A stretch of 64,000 bases of DNA from Selaginella moellendorffii (Eukaryota; Plantae; Lycopodiophyta). Within the stretch, counting starts at the first letter, position 1, and each line of letters begins with the position of its first letter. Below, one piece after another: positions 11,242 to 23,188 of the stretch. Where the stretch lies: the NCBI RefSeq assembly GCF_000143415.4, contig NW_003314342.1, positions 99,299 through 163,298 of the forward strand, given 5' to 3'. The notes under the pieces are model-generated. The model saw only the letters and a list, made by a program, of their open reading frames with translations, was not told the origin of the DNA and did not search any database. Position numbers and translations under genes: made by a program.

Positions 11242-14200
11242 TTACAATTCCACCTCTTGCAAGTCGTCTCCAAACACTCCGGAGGAACTGGCAGCTTCGA
11301 ATCCCACTGTGCCGGACTGTTGATGGTGGTGCCGATGAATCGAACTTTCCTGGTGTTGGTTTTGCTGCTGCTGCTCGACCATCACTGGCGGAGTGACTTC
11401 CAGAGCTGGAGGTGGCGGCAACGAGACGGTCGACGGTGCTGCTGGATAGTGATTCGAATAGAACATTGCTGGCGAAGAGCTGCTCGAGAGATGATCAGGC
11501 GTTGGCCCCGGATCGTTTCTCATATCCTGTACAACCGGCTGAGCGAATGCTCCATTCCCGTTTGAGAACGCCGTGTCGGAGACAAAGGCCGGTGCCGAGT
11601 AAGGATCCACCGAATGGTTGCTGTTGATATCTGGAGCAGCGGCAGCAGCGGCCGCAGGCACGAAAAATCTCCCTGGAGCCAAAGGCTTTGCGCTTGCCTT
11701 TGGCACCACGCCAAACAGTGGAGGAGAGTCCGATGATGTCTTGGATGGTGTTACGCTACCTTTGTTGAATGTATCGACATATCTGCAAAAACTTCGTGAG
11801 ACTGGAGTGATGGGAATGACCAAAACGGTACCTTGATCTAACGTTTTGACGTGCGCGAGCTGCGTACTGGTTACTGCTTGGAGGCATTGGTGGGATTCCA
11901 CTCACAACCGGTTGCGGCCTTTCCGGAGTTGGCTGTGGTCTCTCCGGCGACATGGAAATAGGAGCGCCGTTCTCCTCCACGCGCGAGACGAGCCTGTTTG
12001 CCGTGGGAGGAGGAGCCAACGGAAGCTCTGGCGCTTGTGCCTCGGCTCCTTCTTCAACCCAGCGCTTCAGTGTCTCGTCGTATCTAAACTTGTTGCTGTC
12101 GCCAAGCTTTGCCTGCATCACATACCGACCATCAATCAGCTAGCGCTCTTTCCAAAGCTTCTACAAACCTCCTTCGAAGGTGTTTTTATGAAGCCCATCG
12201 CTCTTTGCACGAAAGAAGTAAAGACGCCTCTGTTTGGCGTTCCTTTCGCTGGACTAACGATCTGATGAAAGAATACAAGTCTTAATCGAAGGTACACAAG
12301 AGCAAGTCGAGTTACCTGTGCAGGCCTAAAGTCAGGCTCAGAAATGCTTCTCGCTGGCATGTTGGATCTTCTCGTAATATCACTTATGGGTTCCATTGAT
12401 GCCGACGAGGCAAGTGATACACTGCTTCTGCTAGAAGCTGTTGCGGGACGGTTATTAATATCAGCATTATCAGAAGCTTTCGGGGGCGAAGGGCCTATCA
12501 TCTTGTGTAGACCAATATTGCCAAAAAACCGTTGCACAATTGACGTCGAGCCTCCCTGGATAACAGGAAAGTGAGTATAAACGCCGAGTGTCCGCTTACA
12601 AACCTGAGAGTGGATACGAAGACGCTCTTCCAAGGCTACAGCCGCTTCTTTGCACACATCAGCTGCATGGCCCGCTGTTTTCAATGTTTTCAACACCGCT
12701 AGGCAATACCTTCGAAGAGAAACCTTGTGTTAACGAAGCATACAGTTAAGAATCACAACCAACCTTAAAGCTTCGTTTATCTTTCCAGCTTCAGCAAGCA
12801 TCGACGCATAAATAAGCTTGTATGGCTGAAAAGGAAGTAAAATAAACTGGGAATTGCCAGTCACTCTTGCAAATTCGTACACTTCCGTTCGCTGATGAAG
12901 AAAAGGTTAACAATTGTTATTGAGGACAAACACGGCTTACCTGGATAGCTTCTGGACTAGCGTACGTGCGTGGATACTTACAATGGTCGGCACCTATAAG
13001 ACAAAGTCTGGCAGAAGGGGAGAAAGGCTCAAAACTAGCATTTGCAACAAGATAGCAAATATGGGCTCCACATATCTGCAAGTTAAAACTATGAGACACA
13101 TCAAAGTGTGACCATGTATATACCTCATCTCGATGTCTCCAGAGACAATCACCAAGATGCATAATCACTCTCTCGTCCCCATTAGTTCGGTTAGCTGCCA
13201 TTATAGCCAGGTTTTCCTGCCATTCTTCGAGCATTCCTTCTACTGCGTCCTGCAAGTCAACATGCACTCCTTAAGCAAGAGAGTAGCTTGATAAAAGTAT
13301 TTCACCTGTGTTGCACCGTCTACAGCGGACGCTGGAACCGGTTGAGGTTGAAGCGCCGTTACGTTTGACAAATTAGTGTTCCCTACGAACACTCCGGCAT
13401 GTTGACCAGCATAAAGAAGAGTTAGAGTCCGGAGGGGAAACCCTGGTTGAAACTGACGTTGAGCCATCTCCGCTATAGTGTCGGTGTAGAACTAAACCAC
13501 AAGACCATCACTAACGGTCTATACATCAAAGCTACAAGACAAGGTACCTTCTCTCCCAGCTGCCGGGCCATAAGAAGAGCACATCCCCAAAGTTGCCCGT
13601 CTTGAGCAGCCCGTAAAGCCTCTTTCTGCTTTCCGGCAATCAGTAGCCTTTTCACCTCAAATGCAGTTGCCTGTCGCCAGAAAGTCTTTGTTTGTATCAA
13701 CTCAAGAGAAAAAGACTGCCCAACCTGCATTTGCTGTTCGGTTGGAGTTGTCTGTAGACAGCGAGAGCCAAAAGCCCATGACTCTTCGCTCTTACTTGGC
13801 TCTAGCAGCTTCGCAAGCGCTACTTCAGGTCCGTTATCATCCTGGATTAAAGACAGTAAGTTATTCCTTCTAGTAAAACACTCAAGAAAAAATAAATTCT
13901 ACCTGCCTACCCATTGCTGCAATATTGACAGTCGACCGAAGGTTGCCGTAGTGTTGGCAGCAAATCTTAAGCACCCCCCACATATACCGCAAGGATGCAA
14001 GGTTACTGCTACCAGATTCTTCCAGTTTCATAGTCTTCTCGTCCAACCATTTCATCACGTCCTTCATGGACGCGTTGCCAGCAAGCGGGCCACTGCTGTG
14101 CCCGTAACCGAGACCAAAGTCTGCCAGCTGATTCATCTGGAAAATCTGAAATGGCTGCGAAGTCGAGAACTGCAGAAACAAAATTTGCGCGGGTTAGCAA

Positions 14201-15464
14201 TCAAACTACTTGCAAAGTTCCTTTCCTTCATTACCTGTTCGGCTCCCTTTGGTTTCATAATCACTAACCTTCCACCAAAACCAAACGCAGTCACAGTACA
14301 GGGTGGTCTTCCCGCAGTCGACCTGAAGGCTTCCTCCTGTGTCCTGGGAGGCGTAACCGCATAGTTTGCTGGCTGACCGAATTGATACTGAGAAGAAGTA
14401 TAAGAGTGATAGTCCTGTGTGCTGCCGTTGTTTCCAGCGTAGTTAGCATAACCTTGTCCAAACTGCTGCTGACTCCCATAGTAGCCGGAAGTTGATTGCT
14501 CCCATTGCCCAGTTTGGTAGTTGTAAGTCCATCCGGGGTACTCGGGAACTTGGTAGCCTTGAGCAGTCTGCGATTGTCCCGTTTGATAGCTAAGACTATC
14601 GTGAGAGACCTGCGGTTGGCCTGTTTGATAGCTAAAACCACCGTGAGAAATCTGCGTTTGACTTGTTCTATTCTCCAGGGGGATCTGCGGTTGAAAGGAA
14701 TTCTGGTACTGGAAAGAATTCTGGCCCTGGTAGCTAAAACTCTCTTGACCAGTTTGCTGCGTTGGAAAAGAATCCTGGCCTTGTTGGTAGCCGAACATCT
14801 GTTGTGGAAAACGCTGGCCCGTGCTCCCTTGGTAGCCGGAAGCGTTCTGGTAGCTATGCGTCTGCTGGGGAAAAGATTGCAGTGTTTCTTCTTGGTAACT
14901 GGAAAAGTCTTGCCCACCCAGATGGCTGCTAAAAGAACTCTGAGGCAAAGTATTTTGGCCTGCCTGGTAGCCAAAACTCTCAGTCGTGGCAGGAACTGGA
15001 GCTTGGATAGAATTCTCAGCCGGAGTATTTTGGCTTGACTGCAAGCCCAAACTCTCAGTAGTGGCAGCCTGTGTTGGAGCTGGATCCTGGTAGTTGAAAA
15101 CCTCCTGGCTGCCCTTCGCTACAAAAGGATCGTAACTCGGTGCATCCTTTGTCGCCAAAGAGCCAAACGACGCCTCTAGAGAATCCTGGTAGCTACCAAA
15201 ATCTTGACCACTCTGGACCTTTGGGGAGAAATCCTCTCCCTGATAGCCAAACGAAGCATCGTTGCCTTGAGCCACTGGAAAACCGATATTGCCCTCCTCC
15301 TTGCCGCTGTTCCCACTCTTCTCCTCCGGATCTAAAGGGCGTGCCGCGGCATCTTGATCCGCCTGTGCCAGGAAGTCCGAGAAGGAGCCGAATCCACTCG
15401 GATCATCGCCCGAGACGAGGCTGTCGAGGCTGTTCCAGCTCACCTCGGAAACTCTGGTCTCCAT
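11242..15464 (-). CDS. SEC16: COPII scaffold protein SEC16 homolog (multi-exon)
   Basis: Conserved Sec16 blocks across exons: GRPPCTVTAFGFGGRLVIMK, KEALRAAQDGQLWGCALL, GFPLRTL, EEWQENLAIMAANRT..DERVIMHLGDCLW, AHICYLVA, RLCLIGADH...YASPEAIQ, AKLGDSNKFRYDETLKRWVEEG, RYVDTFN; short GT-AG introns. Confidence 0.93.
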
Positions 15465-15682
15465 TTGTGGAATCTAGCGTGCTCCCGAGCGCCGAATTAC
15501 ATGGATCTTCGATTCTAGGCAGAGATTTCGCGCTAGATCTACGCGGCCCACCTTTTGCAGCATCCGAATCCAGCTACCATTCGTGAAACCCCATCCCTGT
15601 CCCTTTAACCCTAAAACTACTACTATATTTGATTCCTTGAAATATTCGCAGGCTCGGGAATTTAGGGTTCTAGCGCCCTTTC
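15465..15682. promoter_or_regulatory. Bidirectional promoter region SEC16/NGDN with telo-box-like and site-II-like motifs
   Basis: 218 bp between divergent ATGs; AACCCTAA at ~15607, TTTAGGGTT at 15661, GGCCCA at ~15545. Confidence 0.55.
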
Positions 15683-16969
15683 ATGGAAAAAGGGGCGGCG
15701 GTCGCGCGCCCGGATGAGAAGCTCATGGCCGAAATGAGAGAGGGCCTGGAGGAGCTGCAGAAGAAATCGCGGGAAATGGCGATCAAGGCATTGGATTTCT
15801 AGTGTCTAGTTCTTTCATTTGGATGACTTAGTTCCTTTCAGGTGAGAGAAGGGGAGAATCAAACGAAGGATGGAATCGGCTACCTAGAAGTGAAGCATTT
15901 GCTTCTATCGAGCTACTGCCAGCATCTCGTGTTCTTGATCCTGTTGAGAGCCGAAGGGAAATGCGATCTTTCCGAGCATCCTGTCATCCAGCGTCTTGCC
16001 GAAATTCGTTTGTTCTTGGAGAAGGTAAGTTTCCAGAAGAATAGCTTCGAGCATATGAGAATAAAAACTGGTTTTTGCAGATCCGTCCCATTGACAAGAA
16101 GCTACAGTATCAAATCGACAAGCTTCTCAAGCAAGCCACAGCACCGGCTAGCGATCAGTACCTGGCCGCTGAGAAAGACGATCTAAAGTACAGGCCTAAT
16201 CCAGACTTGCTCGTTTCCAAAATCGAGGAAGACATGGAGGTACGAAGATCATGGTTTTCTTTTCTCGTGTTTGACAAGATCACGGTTTGCTCTGTAGGGA
16301 AATGGTGGCGTTTACAAGCCACCGAAGATCGCTCCCACGGCTATGGACGAGAAAGAGAGTGCCAAGGACAAAAGGACGAGGCAGCGAGCCGAAAGGGAAG
16401 AGCAGCGTCGAGCTTCACGAAGCTCGTACATCAAATCTATGGTGGATGATCTCGAAGGAAGGCCTGAAGAGGTAAGCATTAACCTCGGTGTTGCCTGTGA
16501 GTTGAAAGTTTTTCTCTTGCCACAGATCCAGCATTCGCTCGGGGCTGAAAGCAAGCAGTTCCAGCGAGAGATGGCGAGGCTGGACGCGCGCGCAAAGCAA
16601 GAGGAAGACATGTTTACTCGTGTTCCTCTGTCCAAGGTGGAACGCAAGAGATTGACACGCTTAAAGCGTTCTCGAAACGGGTAAGCTCCAGAGCTATCGC
16701 GAGTTTTTCTCTGTAACGCTTCTGGATTTGAGTTACAGGCTCCAGGGGCTGATGGATGATTTCACCGACGATGTTGCTGGCTTGGCCTTTACCGAGGACG
16801 ATGGCGATCAACCATCTCGCTCCAAGAAGCTCAAAAAATCCAAAGCTAGCGGCAAGCTTCGCGTAAAGAAACTTAAGGTAAGGAATGAAACATCTATCTA
16901 TCACTAAACGAGTTTTTCTCTTTTGCCTTGCAGGGTAAGTTTAAAAATAAGAAGAAGAACCGCTCGTAA
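15683..16969 (+). CDS. NGDN: Neuroguidin/Lcp5-like Sas10/Utp3/C1D-family ribosome biogenesis protein (multi-exon)
   Basis: GIGYLEVKHLLLSSYCQHLVF, HPVIQRLAEIRLFLEK|IRPIDKKLQYQIDKLL, LKYRPNP, GVYKPPKI, EGRPEE, QEEDMFTRVPL; Lys-rich tail ends TAA at 16967-16969; first intron GC-AG. Confidence 0.9.
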
Positions 16970-16983
16970 AAACGAAGCGAGGT

Positions 16984-17005
16984 CCACGTGGTCATGCCAA
17001 GTGTC
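16984..17005 (+). promoter_or_regulatory. G-box/ABRE (CCACGTGG) with adjacent ABRE-like GCCAAGTGTC upstream of oleosin
   Basis: Motifs ~100-115 bp upstream of the oleosin ATG; ABREs are typical of oleosin promoters. Confidence 0.45.
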
Positions 17006-17100
17006 AGGTCAGAAGCTCGGTTTTTCAAGCTGAAAAGAAGTTCACTCGTTTCTAGGGACAGGCAAGTGATTCATTCCATCGTTCGTTCTTCGAGCCAGAG

Positions 17101-17532
17101 ATGGCAGATCAGGATCAAGCAAAGCAGCAAGCTCGCCGCATCATGAGCCGGCTGAGGGAGCGCGCGCCGAATTCCCGCCAGCTGCTCGGGATAGTCCTCC
17201 TCCTCACGGCTGCGCTCATCGTTCTAGTTCTCGGTGGCATCACTCTGGCCGGTGCTGGCCTCTCGCTGGCTCTCGCGACGCCGCTCTTCATCCTCTTCAG
17301 CCCGATCCTGGTGCCGCTGGCTGGGATCGTCGCAGTCGGCACCGGAGGATTCGTGTCGCTCAGCGCGGCCTTCGTGACCGCGTGCTCCGCGGTTGCATGG
17401 CTCTACAACTACGTCAAAGGCAGGCACCCGGTGGGAGCTGACAAGATCGACGCTGTCAAGCACAAAATCGCCGATACTGCGTCGCATGTCAGCGAGAAGG
17501 CCAGAGAAGTCGCGCGAGACGTTGGAGCTTGA
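17101..17532 (+). CDS. Oleosin (lipid-droplet protein), intronless
   Basis: Long hydrophobic hairpin with proline knot PLFILFSPILVP (PX5SPX3P), followed by WLYNYVKGRHPVGAD. Confidence 0.95.
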   Translation: MADQDQAKQQARRIMSRLRERAPNSRQLLGIVLLLTAALIVLVLGGITLAGAGLSLALATPLFILFSPILVPLAGIVAVGTGGFVSLSAAFVTACSAVAWLYNYVKGRHPVGADKIDAVKHKIADTASHVSEKAREVARDVGA

Positions 17533-17801
17533 GTCCGTCCAGCCGAGATAGTTTTGTTTGCTACTTGCTTTTGGTTGTGTCAATAATAGTACTGTCATTC
17601 TTATCGTTCTTATCTGGAAAACCATGAAGTGTTCTTGTGAAAACTTGAGAATTCCTTGCAAATGCAAAAATGTTTGTTATAGGTTGATCAAATGGAAAAA
17701 TTTCGTTACAAAGTTCTTTGTGACATGCCAATTTAACATACATATAATAGATGAAATTCTTTGTGAAATGCAGAAAGTGATTGTCAGTAGTTATTTGTAA
17801 T

Positions 17802-19691
17802 ATGCCAAAAGTGATTACTGACTTGTGTAGTAACAAGCATGGATACGCCCAGCTCGTGCGCTCTTGCAGCAGCCCCAGAGATCTCCAGCGTGCCATCGCC
17901 ATCCACGCGCAGATCCAAGCCTCACAGTTCAGGCACGACCGCTTCCTCGCCAATCTCCTCGTTGAGATGTATGGCAAGTGCGGCAGTGTTGCGGATGCCC
18001 GCCGCGTCTTCGACTCCATCCCGGATCCAAACAAGTTCTCCTCGACTCTCATGATCGCTGCTCACTCTCAGCACGGCCAAATCGTCCAAGCCCGCGAGCT
18101 CTTTGATCGAATGCCCGAGAAGGATACTGTCACTTGGAATGGCATGGCACGCGCTTATGCCCAGCAAGGGTATCTTGCCGAGGCCAAGGAGCTCTTCGAT
18201 CGGACCCCCCGTCGGGACGTGATCTCGTGGACGACACTGGTTCTTTACTTTGCACACTATGGCCGGCTTGAGGAGTCGTGGAGATCCTTCCACCGGATGC
18301 CCAAGAGGGACACCATGGCGAGTGCTACCATGGTTGCGGCATTTGCCCAGCACGGCCTTGTGGAAGACGCGAAGAGTCTCTTTGATGGATTGCCCGAGAA
18401 GAGCTTGGTCGCGTGGAATTCACTCGTCCAGGGATACGTCCAGGGGGGTCTTGACGAGGAGGCCACCGCGATGCTAGAGAGGATGCCCGAATGGGACATT
18501 GTTTCGTGGAACACGGCTCTACAGTCGTACGTGGATTTGTGTGATTTTGATCGAGCGCGAGATATTTTTCGAAGGATTCCGGAGAGGGACACCATGGCTT
18601 CGACCGCGATGATCCAAGCAAATGGCCAGAGTGGGCATCTGGATGATGCGAGAAGGATCTTTGAGGAGATCAACTTCAAGGATCTGGTGTCATGGGCGAC
18701 AGTGATTGTGGCTTACGTCAACAATGGCAAGATTTTGGAAGCAGAAGAGATGTTTAAGAAAATGCCGCTGTGGAACCTTTGGTCGTCAACTTGCATGATG
18801 GGTGCACATGCCCAAAGAGGGAATTATTCCGAGGTTGAAAGGATGTTTGCTTCCATACCCGATCGCGATGTAATTTGTTGCAATCTCATGCTTGAATGTC
18901 ACGCCCAAGATGGAAAACTGAAAGACGCTATCAAGATCTTTGAGCGAATGCCAAAGCATAACGTACTGTCGTGGACTGGCTCTTCCCACACATATTCTCA
19001 AAAGGGGCACTTTGACGAGGCCGAAAGGATTTACAAGGAGATGCCCCAGCGGCAAATTAACGCTGCTAACACGCTGATTGTGGGATATACCCAATCTGGG
19101 CATATGGACAAGGCAAGGCGGATCTTTGAGAACGTTCCAGAACACAACCCATTGTCATTAACAACCATGATGGGGGCATATGCCCAACGAGGGCATATAT
19201 CACAAGCCAAGTTCTTGTTTGACTCGTCCGTGGAGAAGAGCAGGGTGACCTGGAACTCCATAATGCAGGCCTACGTGAAATCTGGCCATGCAAAAGAAGC
19301 CCTTGAACTGTTTCATGCCATGGTTCTCGAGGGCCATACGCCAAATGATATCACTTTCATTCATGTTCTTAATTGTTGCAGCCATGCCGGATGGCTGCTA
19401 AGTAGCATAGACCACTTTCTGATCATGAGGGACGACTGGGGGATTGCTCCCGTTGCTGATCACTACTGCTGCGTGATCGATCTGTTTGGGCGTGCTGGGC
19501 AGCTCTGGAATGCCCAAGAGATTGTCAAGAGCATGCCGGTGAGAAGAGACGATGTAGCAGTTACCACTTTGCTTGCAGCATGTAGTGTTGCGGGTGACTT
19601 GAAGTGGGCCGAGGGTCTTACAGAGTCTGTGGTCGAAATGGAGGACAAGAATTCCGGGGCGTATGTATTGCTTTCAAACAGTATATCCTAG
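17802..19691 (+). CDS. PLS-class PPR protein with E domain, no DYW (PPR-A)
   Basis: Intact 629-aa ORF from ATG 17802; many ~31-aa short PPR motifs; HYCCVIDLFGRAGQL...AYVLLSN E-domain end. Confidence 0.92.
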   Translation: MPKVITDLCSNKHGYAQLVRSCSSPRDLQRAIAIHAQIQASQFRHDRFLANLLVEMYGKCGSVADARRVFDSIPDPNKFSSTLMIAAHSQHGQIVQARELFDRMPEKDTVTWNGMARAYAQQGYLAEAKELFDRTPRRDVISWTTLVLYFAHYGRLEESWRSFHRMPKRDTMASATMVAAFAQHGLVEDAKSLFDGLPEKSLVAWNSLVQGYVQGGLDEEATAMLERMPEWDIVSWNTALQSYVDLCDFDRARDIFRRIPERDTMASTAMIQANGQSGHLDDARRIFEEINFKDLVSWATVIVAYVNNGKILEAEEMFKKMPLWNLWSSTCMMGAHAQRGNYSEVERMFASIPDRDVICCNLMLECHAQDGKLKDAIKIFERMPKHNVLSWTGSSHTYSQKGHFDEAERIYKEMPQRQINAANTLIVGYTQSGHMDKARRIFENVPEHNPLSLTTMMGAYAQRGHISQAKFLFDSSVEKSRVTWNSIMQAYVKSGHAKEALELFHAMVLEGHTPNDITFIHVLNCCSHAGWLLSSIDHFLIMRDDWGIAPVADHYCCVIDLFGRAGQLWNAQEIVKSMPVRRDDVAVTTLLAACSVAGDLKWAEGLTESVVEMEDKNSGAYVLLSNSIS

Positions 19692-19756
19692 GTTCATGTC
19701 TAGTATACCCTCGAAGTTCTATAGAACTTTGAGTTAAACTCTTGTAAAGTTTTGGC

Positions 19757-19937
19757 AGAAGAGTCCTTGGTGTTGTTTTTGGTGCTCAACATGTTTGTGA
19801 TGATGCTGGCCATGGGCGTGGACGTGGGAGAAATCGCAAAGACTGCTGCCCAGCGCTGCCAGTCGGGGTGGTATTGATATGACAATACCTGTCACCGTTG
19901 CCAGAGGGGTTGCAACAATCGTTGCTGGGGCAATTGA
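19757..19937 (+). pseudogene. Cys/Trp-rich peptide gene relic (type A): no promoter or ATG, TGG>TGA
   Basis: Near-identical to the intact copies but 5'-truncated, with an internal stop (GWY*) and a deletion. Confidence 0.85.
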
Positions 19938-21199
19938 AACCAGAGGTTTCAGGGGGTAAGCCAGTTAAGAATCAGCATCGTAATTGCCTTTGATGGGTGA
20001 AAATAAGAATAAAAGACACTTTTCTGTATCGCCTTGCATGAGATATACATGAAATGTCCAGGCGTTGATATTTCCTTGATTTTGACTCCAGGCGCGCTGA
20101 GCTTTCCTTGGGTGGCATTTTACTTTCTTCACTTTGTTCTGTATGTCCCAGCAAACAAACACGGAACTATTAAGGCGGGTTTAGGGTTGAGGAGAAAAAC
20201 TTGTTTCTCTTAGTTTGGGAGAGGCTTGGCGCCATGTTTCTATAAGAGTGATTCTGAGATGTTTAGAGTATTCAAGCTGTGTGACTATGGATAAGTTAGC
20301 TCGAACATCACGTATCTAAACTTGCAAGTGGTCTTGCTTTAGTTTCCATGAGAGCTAAATGGATATATAAATAGTATTTTGAATGAGGACCACAAATAAC
20401 TGCAGAGATGAAAGTTTGCCAGTGCTTTTCAAGGAACCTGACGAACGATTTGAGGCTTTTCTCGAGTACATGGAGAAAGCGGAAGGTTTTTTCCACCTTG
20501 GTAGGTGTTGAGGTGTCGCTGAGAAATACGAAATACAAACTTGTTAGCTGAAATTGCTTGATACAAGAGAGTAAAATGCTCAAAATCAAGTAAAAAAATA
20601 AAAGACAATATATAAATCTTCAGTGACATGAGAATCAGTAATAGTGAGATATCAAGAGTTTGAAATCACTGCTTACTAATAACCTATATGCATGAGAAAT
20701 AAAATGAGAATAATTAAAATCTAGCACACTTTAAAGGTTTTCTAAATTGATCTTACAAAACTGAAAATAATAAAAAAAAAAACATATTAAGAAGAAAAAA
20801 TCTTATGAGAAAGAACTGTTTAGAAATACCCAAAAAGAAAGAAAGTAAGAGCATATAAAAACAATCATATATAAGAAGCAACTTCCATCATAAGGAAATT
20901 AATAACTATAGTAACATTGCATAGTACAAGGGTATGCTAACTTGTTTGTTCTTCTCTAGAAAAAGAAAGGGAACAATACCAAACTGTAAGTTTTTGGAAG
21001 TAACAAATGTTAACCTCCATAATAGGCTCAAAGAGAGAATTTCTCTGAGGTCGTGAGGATGTTTGCTTCCATACCAAAACAAGTCTCTGGATGACTGAAA
21101 GAGTATGGGAACAAAAAAGATTGTAAAGAGAACAAACAATATAAGTATTTCCTAAAGGAATACCATAATGGGTAACTCATCCTTGAGCTTTCCACTTGC

Positions 21200-21700
21200 T
21201 TTTTGAGCATTTTGCTTTGCTCACAACCTAGTGAAGATCCTTTTGGAAGACCTAGCTACTGTCATCATGGATATGTATTTATATATTAAAGGATCAATTG
21301 GCTTGAGGGATTTAGGGCTGGAACTGAACTCCAATATTAATATTAATATCTTATCCCTTGCAATTGCTTTCCATAAATATTCTATAGTTAAAATTAATTA
21401 TAACATCTTTAACAAAGAGTTGTTAGTCATTGTTGATTGCTTTAAGGATTGACAATACTTCTTGAAGGGTGATACACATGTTATGATAATCTTTACTGAT
21501 TATAAAAATTTGGAGTATTAATGCTCATCTTGTGTCCTCAATTGTTGCCAAGTATGCTAGTCTCAATCCTTAATCTCTCACTATCACTTTGTCATTATTC
21601 ATCATCTAGGCAAATGAATGGTAAAGACCTGATACAATTACCTTGCTCTTACTTTAGTTTTTGAACTTCAAAAGCAAGTTTTACTTGACTCCTCTCAGTT
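21200..21700 (+). mobile_element. Gypsy (Tf2/chromovirus-like) RNase H remnant
   Basis: AIAFHKYSIVKINYNIFNKELLVIVDCFKD*QYFLKG...IFTDYKNLEY. Confidence 0.75.
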
Positions 21701-21989
21701 CTAAATCAACTTGATTAGATAGTGTGACTTAACAGTGGTGCCTCCAGTCCAATTATCTTGTTCATCGTCAGATAAAACTCCAACCACTCTCAATGCTCTC
21801 TTGGTCTGACATAAACCTCCATGCAAATCTCCAACTGGACAGAGCAAAAGAGAAGAAAAGAAGTTATCTGGGACAAAACATAGATTTTTTTCTCAAATTT
21901 CTACACCAATAAACTATTTTTTTACAAACAACAATTTGTGAGGATTAATTGATAGATTTATTTGTTCATGAAGTTTGTAAAGTTATAGA

Positions 21990-22260
21990 AAGACTTACAA
22001 AGGCATGTTGAAGCATATTGAAAGATATCATTGTATGAATAAACTCCTTTTATGCATTGACACATACAAAGTCACTAAAATAGATGTTGAGCAAGATCAA
22101 TAGTTTTACATACCTCAAAATAACCTATGAGGGGAGTGTAATGGCATGATTGAATAATATATAATTATTTTCAAAGACAAAGCTATGTGTAATGATGTAG
22201 GAGATCATCCCAAAATTGAAGAAAACAAAAATCCAAGCTTCTAGTGGTCAAGTAGACTAC
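21990..22260 (+). mobile_element. Possible Copia 3' remnant (RNase H end, PPT, LTR start)
   Basis: KHIERYH-like motif at ~22010; polypurine TGAGGGGAG followed by TGTAA at ~22128-22141. Confidence 0.35.
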
Positions 22261-22990
22261 AAGGGTCAGGCCTAGTACCATAATCACCATGCCACATCCA
22301 ATCTAGGACATATGCTTTGGCCTCAGCCATGCATTGCAGGGCATAGGGAGAGTTGCTGTTGGATTTGGGCAAAGTAATTAGGGGCAAAATTGAAATGGGC
22401 TGCCACGAAGAAGAGGCATGATAGGCATGCTCATGCTGCTGCTGCCACTGTTGGTGGTGCTGATGAATAGACGCTGCTAATCACTGAGATTCAGTCATAG
22501 CATTATGGACAGATGACCGAGAGAGCATGGAGACAAAGAGACGACATAACTGAGAGAGTGTCAACAACTCCAGCCCATACACAGGCCGAATGTCTTACAA
22601 GAACACGTGTCGCTTTCAAACACTAGGATCTTTCGAGCTAAATTCCATGGCTTTCTCTATCTGCAAGCTTGTAGTATGAGCTTGTTAAATTTTAGCAACG
22701 GAATGGCGATTTTGTTGAGCTAGAGTGGCTGACTTTGGATAAACAAATCATGTAAAGGACCCTCATTTGAAGGGTTGGAGAGCGCATGAGATATTATGTG
22801 GATCCCAGCAGTATAGGAAAGAGAAGAAATTCCCAAACACGGAACTCGACTAAAAGATAAGGACCAACCGATGCAAGACAACTCTGTAGACTCCATTAAA
22901 GCATTGTGTGCTGCCTCGAGCTATAAATATGAGCCCCTCCTGCCTCACAGATCAAACCACTTCTCTCTTCTCTTAGTCTGTCAGCAAATC

Positions 22991-23188
22991 ATGGAGAACA
23001 AGGCTTTGTTGGTGTTGTTTTTGGCGCTCGCCATGTTTGTGATGATGCTGGCCATGGGCGTGGACGTGGGAGGAATCGCAAAGGCTGCTGCCCAGCGCTG
23101 CCAGTCGGGGTGGTATTGGTATGACAATAGTTGCCACCGTTGCCCGAGGGGTTGGGTCTGGCGCAACAATCGCTGCTGGCGCAGATGA
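22991..23188 (+). CDS. Small secreted Cys/Trp/Arg-rich peptide precursor (type A), intact copy 1
   Basis: 65 aa: hydrophobic signal MENKALLVLFLALAMFVMMLAMG, spacer, QRCQSGWYWYDNSCHRCPRGWVWRNNRCWRR; TATAAAT at 22922; AAATCATGG start context. Confidence 0.85.
   Translation: MENKALLVLFLALAMFVMMLAMGVDVGGIAKAAAQRCQSGWYWYDNSCHRCPRGWVWRNNRCWRR

Noticed and set aside
10376-11323. 315-aa plus-strand ORF and similar long ORFs (28468-29529, 38988-39866, 49977-50852, 14496-15038)
   Set aside because: Antisense shadows of GC-rich PPR or SEC16 coding sequence
22871-22990. Longer N-terminal extensions of peptide ORFs (22871, 30632, 55765)
   Set aside because: They start upstream of or right at the TATA box and differ among copies; the conserved start is AAATC-ATG-GAG
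22991-23188. BURP-type cyclopeptide/RiPP precursor, or CRISPR-like array
   Set aside because: No BURP domain or tailoring enzyme in the window, no repeated recognition sites flanking cores, no repeat-spacer structure; the Cys pattern fits a disulfide peptide better
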